A model generated the notes under the pieces. It searched no databases, was not told the DNA's origin, and saw nothing but the letters and a program-made list of their open reading frames with translations. Shown here one piece after another: positions 20,053-27,739 of a stretch of DNA of 64,000 nt. The DNA is from Candidatus Latescibacterota bacterium (GTDB lineage Bacteria; Latescibacterota; UBA2968). The position numbers and the translations under genes are program-made. The DNA lies in NCBI GenBank assembly GCA_965222605.1, contig OZ244960.1:6176001-6240000 (forward strand), in the 5' to 3' direction. Every line of letters starts with the position of its first letter. Position 1 is the first letter of the stretch.

Positions 20053-21525
20053 TTACAATTGAATCGATTTTTTGAGCTCCCTGAGGGCAGTGCCTTCAGG
20101 GGATTTTTTGTAGTAGGTATCCAGCGGGAAGCAGCCCGATATCATGCCATTTCGGGGGGCTGTGGTGCAGTCACTGAAGGTTCGACAGAGTTTGCGTTTG
20201 GACGCTTCTCCTTTTTGGAGTACATCAACGGGTAAGTCGGGATAAGACAGCACCATGCGTCCCAGGCCAATAAAATCTACCTTGCCATCGCGCACGAGTG
20301 CCTGTGTAACGTGGGGCAAAAATTCCTGGAGGTAGGAATAGGCCGTGCCGACGATGAGCAAATCGGAAAATTGTTCTTTGATTTGCGCCGTAATGTCAAC
20401 TTGACGAGCAACACCCACGAGTGGGTCTTCGGGGGGTTGATAGCCGTCGGAGGGGGGAAAATAAGCGGGCCGCTGAATGTGGGGGTTGTAGTAAGGGCTG
20501 CCTGCTGAGAGATTGACGAGCAAAATATCGAGTTCGCGCAGCAATTCGAGGAAGCGACAGGTTTCGGCAATATTTGCGACTATAGGATTGTTTTCATCGA
20601 TGCCAAAACCGTATTTATAGGGCAAGCATTCGGAAAAATCCTCGGGAATGCCCGGTCCGAGTTTTTTGCCTTCGGATAGTTCGGGATCGGGATAAAAAGG
20701 CACAAAGTCGAATGCACTGAGGCGCACACCTATTTTGAGATCGGGACAATCGGCGCGAATGCCCGCGACGATTTCCCGAAGAAATCGGGTTCGATTTTCA
20801 AATGAGCCACCATAAGGTCCCGGTCGGGTAAAAGCACTCAAAAATTCGTGACCGAGATAACCGTGACAGTGTTTGACATCGACAAACTGATATCCGAGGT
20901 TATACGCCATGCGTGCGGCACAGTGGTAGTCGTCAATCAGGCTTTTGATTTCGCTATCGGACAGCACGAGGGCGTCTGAGTCAATGCCAAATTTGCGGTC
21001 GAGGATCGGATGGCGATACACAATGCGGGGTTCGAGTTTGATTTTGTCATTGGGTCTGCAAAAGCGCCCCGAGTGAGTCAGTTGAAGGCCAACGAGCAGG
21101 TCATCGATGTTGCCGATGTGTGCGCGGTGTGCCGATAGGAGTTCTTCTCGGAGTTTGCCCAGGCCGGCTTTGGTATGTCCGGCTGCAAAGAGTTGATTTG
21201 GATTTGCGCGTCCTTCCTGGCACACGGCAACGGCTTCACCACCCCATATCAATTTTGCTCCGCTCAGGCCAAAGTTGTGCCATCTTCGGAGGGTATATTC
21301 CGAGGGATTGCCATCAATTTCGCCATCCCAGCCCTCCATGGGTTGGATGCAGAAGCGATTGCCAATGCGAAAGCCTTGACAATCGCTCGTTTGGGCAAGT
21401 GGTGATTCTGGTGCTTTGAGAATTTCGTCATCGCAGGGAAGATCAATCCCCAGGCTGTTGACATGCGCTTTGAATGATTCGACAGTTTTGTGATGTCCGA
21501 TGCGCTGGTATTTTGCCAGAGGCAT
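20053..21525 (-). CDS. NADH:flavin oxidoreductase (Old Yellow Enzyme family)
   Basis: [43 protein letters not shown]. Confidence 0.9.
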   Translation of the reverse strand: MPLAKYQRIGHHKTVESFKAHVNSLGIDLPCDDEILKAPESPLAQTSDCQGFRIGNRFCIQPMEGWDGEIDGNPSEYTLRRWHNFGLSGAKLIWGGEAVAVCQEGRANPNQLFAAGHTKAGLGKLREELLSAHRAHIGNIDDLLVGLQLTHSGRFCRPNDKIKLEPRIVYRHPILDRKFGIDSDALVLSDSEIKSLIDDYHCAARMAYNLGYQFVDVKHCHGYLGHEFLSAFTRPGPYGGSFENRTRFLREIVAGIRADCPDLKIGVRLSAFDFVPFYPDPELSEGKKLGPGIPEDFSECLPYKYGFGIDENNPIVANIAETCRFLELLRELDILLVNLSAGSPYYNPHIQRPAYFPPSDGYQPPEDPLVGVARQVDITAQIKEQFSDLLIVGTAYSYLQEFLPHVTQALVRDGKVDFIGLGRMVLSYPDLPVDVLQKGEASKRKLCRTFSDCTTAPRNGMISGCFPLDTYYKKSPEGTALRELKKSIQL

Positions 21526-21624
21526 TGGCACTCCTTGGGCGAAATGGTTTGCATTATATGCCTTAGAAAGCTATGAATATACCAAAGGATGTTTTGGGAA
21601 GCAATGTTTCTGAAAGGAGTTAGT

Positions 21625-22593
21625 ATGGCAGTGGAGGATTATGTGCAGATTGTGGTGCCTGGCGATGAGCCGGTACAGATTGCGGGAGCCCCCCATCTCG
21701 ACCGATTGACGAGTTATGGCGATGTGACGCTTTACGATACGCGCCCCGAGTCATCAAAAGAGAAGGTCGAACGAGTAAAGAACGCCGATGTGATTATGAA
21801 CACGCGCGGTGCTGTGACGTGGGGCGAGCAAGAGTTTAGCCAATTGCCAAAGTTGAAGATGATTACGACGTGTTCTATTGGCACAGATATGTTCGATCTG
21901 GAGGCCGCAAAAAAGCGCGGAATTGTGATATGCAACCAACCGGGCAGAACAGCACCGGTTGTGGCAGAACACATGTTTGGGCTGATGTTTGCCGTTGCAA
22001 AACGCGCTGCATATTTGACCGCAGAGATGAAGAAGGGGGGCTGGCCCCGGCGGGATAATGTGATGCTTCAGGGCAAAACCCTGGGGATTATTGGTGCGGG
22101 CAATATCGGTGCTGAGATGGCGCGGCTCGCTCGAGCGATTGGGATGGAGGTGATTGCGTGGACATTTCATCCGTCAACTGAGCGAGCAAAAAAACTCGGC
22201 GTGCGATTTGTCGCATTAGATACACTACTCGACAAATCTGATGTGGTCAGTTTGCACGTGGCGTTGACAGATGATACCAGGGGGATGATTGGCGAGGCCG
22301 AGTTAGAAAAGATGAAAGCGGGCGCGCTATTGCTGAATGGGGCGCGTGGCGCAATAGTCGATACGGATGCGCTTGTCGATGCCTTAAACAGTGGGCACCT
22401 TGGTGGGGCGGGTATCGATGTGTACGAAGAAGAACCGACACCGCCCGATCATCCTCTTTTTGCGTGTGAACAGGTGGTGCTTACGCCGCATTGTGCCGAT
22501 ATGACGCCGGAAGGTGTCGATCTACTCAATAGCGGCGCAGTGGAGAATGTTATCGCATTTTTGGAGGGGCGGACGCAAAATGCGGTGACTTAG
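21625..22593 (+). CDS. D-isomer-specific 2-hydroxyacid dehydrogenase (SerA/GhrB-like)
   Basis: VAEH, GKTLGIIGAGNIG, NGARG, DVYEEEP, LTPH. Confidence 0.92.
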   Translation: MAVEDYVQIVVPGDEPVQIAGAPHLDRLTSYGDVTLYDTRPESSKEKVERVKNADVIMNTRGAVTWGEQEFSQLPKLKMITTCSIGTDMFDLEAAKKRGIVICNQPGRTAPVVAEHMFGLMFAVAKRAAYLTAEMKKGGWPRRDNVMLQGKTLGIIGAGNIGAEMARLARAIGMEVIAWTFHPSTERAKKLGVRFVALDTLLDKSDVVSLHVALTDDTRGMIGEAELEKMKAGALLLNGARGAIVDTDALVDALNSGHLGGAGIDVYEEEPTPPDHPLFACEQVVLTPHCADMTPEGVDLLNSGAVENVIAFLEGRTQNAVT

Positions 22594-23672
22594 TTTTTGA
22601 TATACCCCTCTCGAGTCAAGAGTTCGGCCATCAGGACAGCACCGCCTGCTGCACCGCGCACGGTGTTGTGACTGAGGGCGATGAATTTGTAATCGAAAAT
22701 ATTATCTTCGCGCAAGCGGCCGAGTGTGATGCCCATACCATTTTCTGCATCGCGGTCTAAGCGCGTCTGCGGGCGGTCATCGCCTTCGATGTAAGCGAGA
22801 AATGTTTTGGGCGAGGAAGGCAAGCCCGCAGCTTTGTGGTCGCCCTCGAAATCTTGCCAGCGCGAGAGGATGTCTTCTGCTGTGGGTTTTTTGTCGAAGG
22901 ATACAGATACAGCTGCCATGTGTCCATCTGTGACGGGAACCCGAACACATTGGGCTGAAATAATCGGACTGCGCCTGGGCACTATTTCATCTTTGACGAT
23001 TTTGCCCCAAATTTTGTGAGGTTCGCTTTCGCTTTTGTCTTCTTCGCCGCCGATATATGGGATGACATTGTCTATCATTTCTGGCCATGTCTCAAAGGTT
23101 TTACCAGCACCGGAAATAGCCTGATATGTGCATATGGAGGCTCTGGAAGGCCCAAATTCTGATAATGCGTGAAAAGCCGGTACATAAGGCTGAATGGAGC
23201 AATTGGGTTTGACGGCGATAAAACCGCGTTGGGCACCCAGACGTTTGCGTTGCGCCGGGATGATTTCGGCATGTTGTGGGTTGATTTCTGGCAATAGTAT
23301 GGGAACATCGGGCGTCCAGCGATGCGCTGAATTATTGGAGATGACCGGAGTTTCCGCTTTTGCATAAGCTTCTTCGAGTCTGTAAATCTCCTCTTTTTCC
23401 ATGTCGAGCGCGCAACAGACGAAATCGACTTGTGATGAGATAGCATCAATTTCGCCCGCGTCCTGCACGACGAGATCGGATACTTTTGTGGGAATGTCAA
23501 TATCGCGTTGCGTCCATCGGCCTTTTACGGCTTCTCGATAGGTTTTACCGGCAGAGCGCGGGCTGGCGGCAACGGCGGCGACTTCAAAATAGGGATGATC
23601 GGCGAGCAATGTGACAAAGCGCTGTCCGACCATGCCGGTTGCGCCGAGAACCCCAACTTTAAGCTTGGACAT
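22590..23672 (-). CDS. asd: Aspartate-semialdehyde dehydrogenase
   Basis: GVLGATGMVGQR, KPNCS catalytic Cys, QAISGAG, RVPVTDGH, HNTVRGAAG. Confidence 0.97.
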   Translation of the reverse strand: MSKLKVGVLGATGMVGQRFVTLLADHPYFEVAAVAASPRSAGKTYREAVKGRWTQRDIDIPTKVSDLVVQDAGEIDAISSQVDFVCCALDMEKEEIYRLEEAYAKAETPVISNNSAHRWTPDVPILLPEINPQHAEIIPAQRKRLGAQRGFIAVKPNCSIQPYVPAFHALSEFGPSRASICTYQAISGAGKTFETWPEMIDNVIPYIGGEEDKSESEPHKIWGKIVKDEIVPRRSPIISAQCVRVPVTDGHMAAVSVSFDKKPTAEDILSRWQDFEGDHKAAGLPSSPKTFLAYIEGDDRPQTRLDRDAENGMGITLGRLREDNIFDYKFIALSHNTVRGAAGGAVLMAELLTREGYIKN

Positions 23673-23699
23673 CGGTTTTTCCTTTCTGCGGATCTGAAT

Positions 23700-23740
23700 A
23701 AAAAAAACAGTCGGTTGCCAGAGTAGAAGCACGCCGACTG
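23700..23740 (-). terminator. Riboswitch expression-platform terminator
   Basis: Minus strand CAGTCGG...CCGACTG followed by T8, between aptamer and asd start. Confidence 0.85.
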
Positions 23741-23759
23741 CATATAGCAGAGACTGCCC

Positions 23760-23936
23760 ACAAGAGAGTGCTCCACGGGATTATTTCTCGTGACAGTTCA
23801 GCAGATATTATCTGCTGACCCAGCCAAATGCCCTGCGGTGGAATATTTGGCTTCGGCATCCCGACCCTTTCATCTGGCCTACAGATCCGCTTTCTTGTGC
23901 CAGATTACTGATGACGGGACGCGCCTCTACTCTTGG
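23760..23936 (-). promoter_or_regulatory. Lysine riboswitch (L-box)
   Basis: Minus strand reads CAAGAGTAGAGGCGCG...AGTA...GAAAGG...GCCGAA...GCTGGG...AATA...ACTGTC...GGAGCACTCTCTTG, the L-box consensus elements in order, upstream of asd; TTGACA at 23973-23968 just upstream. Confidence 0.93.
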
Positions 23937-24081
23937 TGGAGAGAAATTTCACATATTCTACATTTTTTGTCAACCTGAAAATGGAATATGCCGCTGATAT
24001 TGACATGTGGGGCATTGCAGATTATCATGGAATAAGGATAGTTTAGACCAATCCATGTTTGAATTACACAAGGAGATTTTT

Positions 24082-25488
24082 ATGAATATAGTAGTAATTT
24101 GCTGCGATACGTTTCGCGCAGACATTGTTGGAGCAGGTAAAAAGTTGAGCCATGTGAAAACTCCTCATTTAGATCAGTTGGCTTCTGAGGGCTTGACTTT
24201 TGATCGCTGTTTTGCAGAGGGCTTGCCGACGATTCCGTTTCGGCGGTGTGTTTTTACGGGTATCCCATCTTTTCCCTGGCGGTTTGACACGCCGAATGAA
24301 GGACTACAGCCGGCAGGCTCTGGCTGGCATCCGATTCCGCCAGAGCAGGATACACTCGCGGAACGCTTGCACGATGCGGGTTTTGTCACGGGCCTGGTCG
24401 CGGATACCTATCACATGTTTAAGCCGACGCAGAATTTCACGCGGGGTTTTTTGTCGTGGCGCTTTATTCGCGGGCAGGAACAAGATGGATATCGCTCGGG
24501 GCCGCTATCGCGTATTGATCTGGCAGCACATGTGAGGGACGGAGATGCAGATCCCAGAAAACATGCGGTGATTGTTCAGTATTTGCTCAATATGCTGGAT
24601 CGGCAGGAAGGCGAAGAGAATTATCTCGCCGCTCAAGTGTTCCGCGAGGCATCGCAATGGGTAGAGGACAATAGGGGCAACAAGCCGTTTTTTCTATGGA
24701 TTGACAGCTTTAGCCCACACGAGTTATGGGATCCGCCCAGGCAGTATGCCGATGCCTATTTTTCAGATCCCTCGGTGAAGGATTATATCCACCACCGTGC
24801 CTTGTCCTTTGGCGATGCGACAGATGCGGAAATCGAGCGCACAAAAGCGTTGTATATGGGCTATGTCACGTTTGTGGATCGCTGGATTGGGCATTTATTG
24901 GAAACGATTGACCGATTGAATTTGCGGGACGATACGGTGGTGATGTTCATATCCGATCACGGCACGCAATTGATGGATAGGGGGCGGTTTGGCAAGGGCG
25001 GTAACGCGCTTTTTCCATTTAATACGCAGATCAATTGGGTCGTGCGCCACCCGGATGGACCGCGCGGACAGCAAACGGATATCTGGACGCAGAATCAGGA
25101 TATTACTCCGACGATTCTCAATATGCTGGACGTTGAGTACGAAGAGATGGATGGGGCAGATGCATGGGCAGGTGCAATGGGTGGAGCTGAACCTGCTCGG
25201 GATTATATCACAACGGGATGGGGAACGAGTTTTAATGTGCGGGATGATCGCTATAGCGTACACATGGATGTGGGAACAAGATCGCCACAGGCGACGGTTT
25301 ACGATTTGAGTGTGGATGCCGATGAGGAAAATCCCTTGAGCGATCCGCCCCGCGAAGTCGTCGCGCAGGCATTGGAACGGGCGCGTACTGTGATTGGCGA
25401 TTTTCCCGATGTGTTTAGTGCGTACAAACAAAGACACGCGGCACGGGCGATGCGGACGTTCATGAACAAGTATAATATTGGAACGTGA
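24082..25488 (+). CDS. Sulfatase-like hydrolase (alkaline phosphatase superfamily) with Thr at the nucleophile position
   Basis: NIVVICCDTFRAD, TPHLD, LPTIPFRR (aligns to C/SxPxR), DSFSPHE, SDHG; AAGGAG RBS. Confidence 0.85.
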   Translation: MNIVVICCDTFRADIVGAGKKLSHVKTPHLDQLASEGLTFDRCFAEGLPTIPFRRCVFTGIPSFPWRFDTPNEGLQPAGSGWHPIPPEQDTLAERLHDAGFVTGLVADTYHMFKPTQNFTRGFLSWRFIRGQEQDGYRSGPLSRIDLAAHVRDGDADPRKHAVIVQYLLNMLDRQEGEENYLAAQVFREASQWVEDNRGNKPFFLWIDSFSPHELWDPPRQYADAYFSDPSVKDYIHHRALSFGDATDAEIERTKALYMGYVTFVDRWIGHLLETIDRLNLRDDTVVMFISDHGTQLMDRGRFGKGGNALFPFNTQINWVVRHPDGPRGQQTDIWTQNQDITPTILNMLDVEYEEMDGADAWAGAMGGAEPARDYITTGWGTSFNVRDDRYSVHMDVGTRSPQATVYDLSVDADEENPLSDPPREVVAQALERARTVIGDFPDVFSAYKQRHAARAMRTFMNKYNIGT

Positions 25489-25700
25489 TTACTCCCAACG
25501 ATAGAGCAGTTGGGCTTCTTGGCGGTCAAGCCACCTGACTTTGTAATCCCAAAGTCAATATGTTTATCGCAGCATTGAGGTCTCTGTCCGTCATATAGCC
25601 ACACGCCTTACAATGATGCACACGCTGAGAAAGTGCTTTCTTCTCTCTATGTCCGCATGCCGAGCAATCTTGTGAGGTGTATTCAGGATTTACGGCCTTG
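25485..25700 (-). ncRNA. Predicted TnpB omega (re)RNA scaffold; 5' boundary approximate, guide read from 25484 leftward
   Basis: TnpB reRNAs derive from the 3' end of tnpB plus the right end; hairpins TGACTTTG..CAAAGTCA and CCCAAC..GTTGGG are present. Confidence 0.6.
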
Positions 25701-26650
25701 AATCCAATACCAGCTTCTTCCGCTTTGTATTCGAGACAATGCCGAAACAGTGACCATGCTACGTCTGCTATTGATTTAGACAATCGCCTATTCTTTTGCA
25801 TCGTTTTAACTTTCAACTTCTCGACGGCTATGAAGCCGTGACGATTGACAATTTTTCTTGATTCTTGATGGGCAAAGTTATGTCGCTTATTACGGATACG
25901 CTCATGCACTCTGGCAATTACTTTACGACGCTTTTCTCTTACGGCGTCGGTCTTAGGTCTTTTTTTTACCGCGTCCCATTTGCGCTGTGCTTTTGTAAGT
26001 GATTTTTGCTCTTTTCTAAAGAATCGCTGGTTGGCTATCGTCTCGCCATCACTGGTTACAGCAAAGGAATTGAGACCCACGTCAATGCCTGTTGGCGGAC
26101 GTTGCTCGTCGCAAGATTTTGGCTCGCCCATATCACAAGAAATAGTAGCGAACCACTTGCCCGTTGCCGTACGCGTGACTGTGCAAGATTTAGGAACGCC
26201 GTCAAGTGGCCTGTGCTGGACAATCCGAATACAGCCTATTTTGCCCAATCGCAAGCCCTTATCGTCCAATCGGCATCCATTGGAAAACTGAGGGTAGGTG
26301 ATAGAATCATAGCGATTCTGACCCTTGTATCTGGGAAAGCCAGCTTTCTCGCCCGTCTTTGCTTTTTCTTTGAGGCGACGAAAGAATGCTTTGAATGCCA
26401 GATCAACTCTTGTTGATACTTGTTGCAATACTTGACTATAGACTTGCTGGAATGCAAGACGCTGTTGCTTTATCAATGGTATTGTTTTGGTCTGGTCGTG
26501 ACGAGACAGAGACTTATTTTCACTTTCCCATGCTTGCACTCTATCACAGACAAGCTGGTTATATAGCAAGCGACATTCTTCAATATGTGCCAACAAGACT
26601 TTCTCTTGCTTTTTCGTTGGGCGCAATCTGTATTTGAAGGACTTAAGCAT
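25526..26650 (-). CDS. tnpB: RNA-guided endonuclease TnpB
   Basis: FKYRLRPT N-terminus, GFPRYK, RuvC GIDVG / VEKL / DRDLNAA, zinc finger CSAC..CKAC, all intact. Confidence 0.97.
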   Translation of the reverse strand: MLKSFKYRLRPTKKQEKVLLAHIEECRLLYNQLVCDRVQAWESENKSLSRHDQTKTIPLIKQQRLAFQQVYSQVLQQVSTRVDLAFKAFFRRLKEKAKTGEKAGFPRYKGQNRYDSITYPQFSNGCRLDDKGLRLGKIGCIRIVQHRPLDGVPKSCTVTRTATGKWFATISCDMGEPKSCDEQRPPTGIDVGLNSFAVTSDGETIANQRFFRKEQKSLTKAQRKWDAVKKRPKTDAVREKRRKVIARVHERIRNKRHNFAHQESRKIVNRHGFIAVEKLKVKTMQKNRRLSKSIADVAWSLFRHCLEYKAEEAGIGFKAVNPEYTSQDCSACGHREKKALSQRVHHCKACGYMTDRDLNAAINILTLGLQSQVA

Positions 26651-26656
26651 AATAAA

Positions 26657-26685
26657 AATATATACTTATGTGCAATTTTTGTCAA
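26657..26685 (-). promoter_or_regulatory. tnpB promoter, probably giving a leaderless mRNA
   Basis: TTGACA-17 nt-TATATT, then 6 nt to the ATG; no SD sequence. Confidence 0.65.
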
Positions 26686-26842
26686 GCGAAATAGAATAAA
26701 AATATGGTCAGCGTACCAAAAACGCATAGTTCGTCTTTAACGATATGGCAATGTTCATATACGCTAAAGCTAAAAAAGGAAGCCCTCATATCCCACGCCT
26801 AAAGGACGTGGGTTTTACGGGCTATTTGATAAGGGGCTGAAT

Positions 26843-27739
26843 TTGAACTATACTGTTGAACAACATCCCGACCATAACCGGCTGTACCACATCACAATTG
26901 ATGCCGATGTCGCGGCGAGATTTGTGCGCGAGGTCGAAGATTTTTCGGAACAGCGATTGATTTATGTGCCGTATCTGAGACTGATCGCTGCGGATCACTT
27001 GCAAAACATCGTCGGTGGTGATTTCTCCGAGCATATCAATGCAATCGTTAGAGACCGCGCAACCGGCGGATTTACCCTTGCTGTTGCGGGTGGGTTTGAG
27101 ACGATGGATCAGCGCGTTGCTTTTGGCACGGCTGTTTCACATGCGATCGGGGTGCCCAATTTTGACGATATGACGGGGAATTATTACGCCTGTTTTGAGG
27201 TAAAGGATACGGATAGTAGCGATTCGTATTTGCGTCAGGCATATCGACTGTTCACGCTCCATACCGATGGCACATACATCCGCGAGCGCACAGACTGGAT
27301 TTTGATGATGAAGATGGCAGAGCACGATGCGGTGGGGGGGGAGTCGCGGCTGTTGCATTTGGATGATTGGGAGGCGTTAGAGCGATTTGCCAGTCATCCG
27401 TTGGCTTCTTTGCCTCTGGTCTATCACTCGCCGCCGAGTAAGAATTATCCCGTTAGGGTTGAAAAAACGACGTTTTACGAACAAGACGGCAAAGCATGCG
27501 TGTGTTTTATCGATCAGTTTGTTTATCCCGAGACCATTGAACAGGGCCGATATCTGCGCGATCTGTCCGATTCGATGGAAGCGTCGCAGGGAGTGGTCTC
27601 TGTGCCCTTGCCACCCGATCATCTCGTGGTGCTCAACAACCATTTCTGGCTGCACGGACGCGAAGCGTTTGAGAAACATCCCAATCTCTATCGCTTGTTG
27701 ATGCGACAGAGGGGATATTTCAGGAAGGTAAACGATTAA
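26843..27739 (+). CDS. glaH: Glutarate dioxygenase GlaH/CsiD (Fe/2-oxoglutarate)
   Basis: DSSDSYLRQAYR..LHTDGTY, GGESRLLHLDDW, FIDQFV.P, NNHFWLHGR, RLLMRQRG; TTG start after AAGGGG. Confidence 0.88.
   Translation: MNYTVEQHPDHNRLYHITIDADVAARFVREVEDFSEQRLIYVPYLRLIAADHLQNIVGGDFSEHINAIVRDRATGGFTLAVAGGFETMDQRVAFGTAVSHAIGVPNFDDMTGNYYACFEVKDTDSSDSYLRQAYRLFTLHTDGTYIRERTDWILMMKMAEHDAVGGESRLLHLDDWEALERFASHPLASLPLVYHSPPSKNYPVRVEKTTFYEQDGKACVCFIDQFVYPETIEQGRYLRDLSDSMEASQGVVSVPLPPDHLVVLNNHFWLHGREAFEKHPNLYRLLMRQRGYFRKVND

Larger units (their letters stand above)
25485..26828 (-). mobile_element. IS200/IS605-family element, tnpB-only (IS1341-like)
   Basis: Minus strand left end: target TTAT | CAAATAGCCCGT-AAAA-CCCACG..CGTGGG hairpin. 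Right end: GAAG-CCCAAC..GTTGGG-AGTAA-TCAC. Rejoining the flanks restores ACA TAA at the sulfatase end. Confidence 0.92.

Noticed and set aside
26704-26802. tnpA remnant in the IS left region (32-codon ORF MVSVPKTH...)
   Set aside because: It has no HUH or catalytic Tyr motif; the region is better explained by left-end stem-loops.
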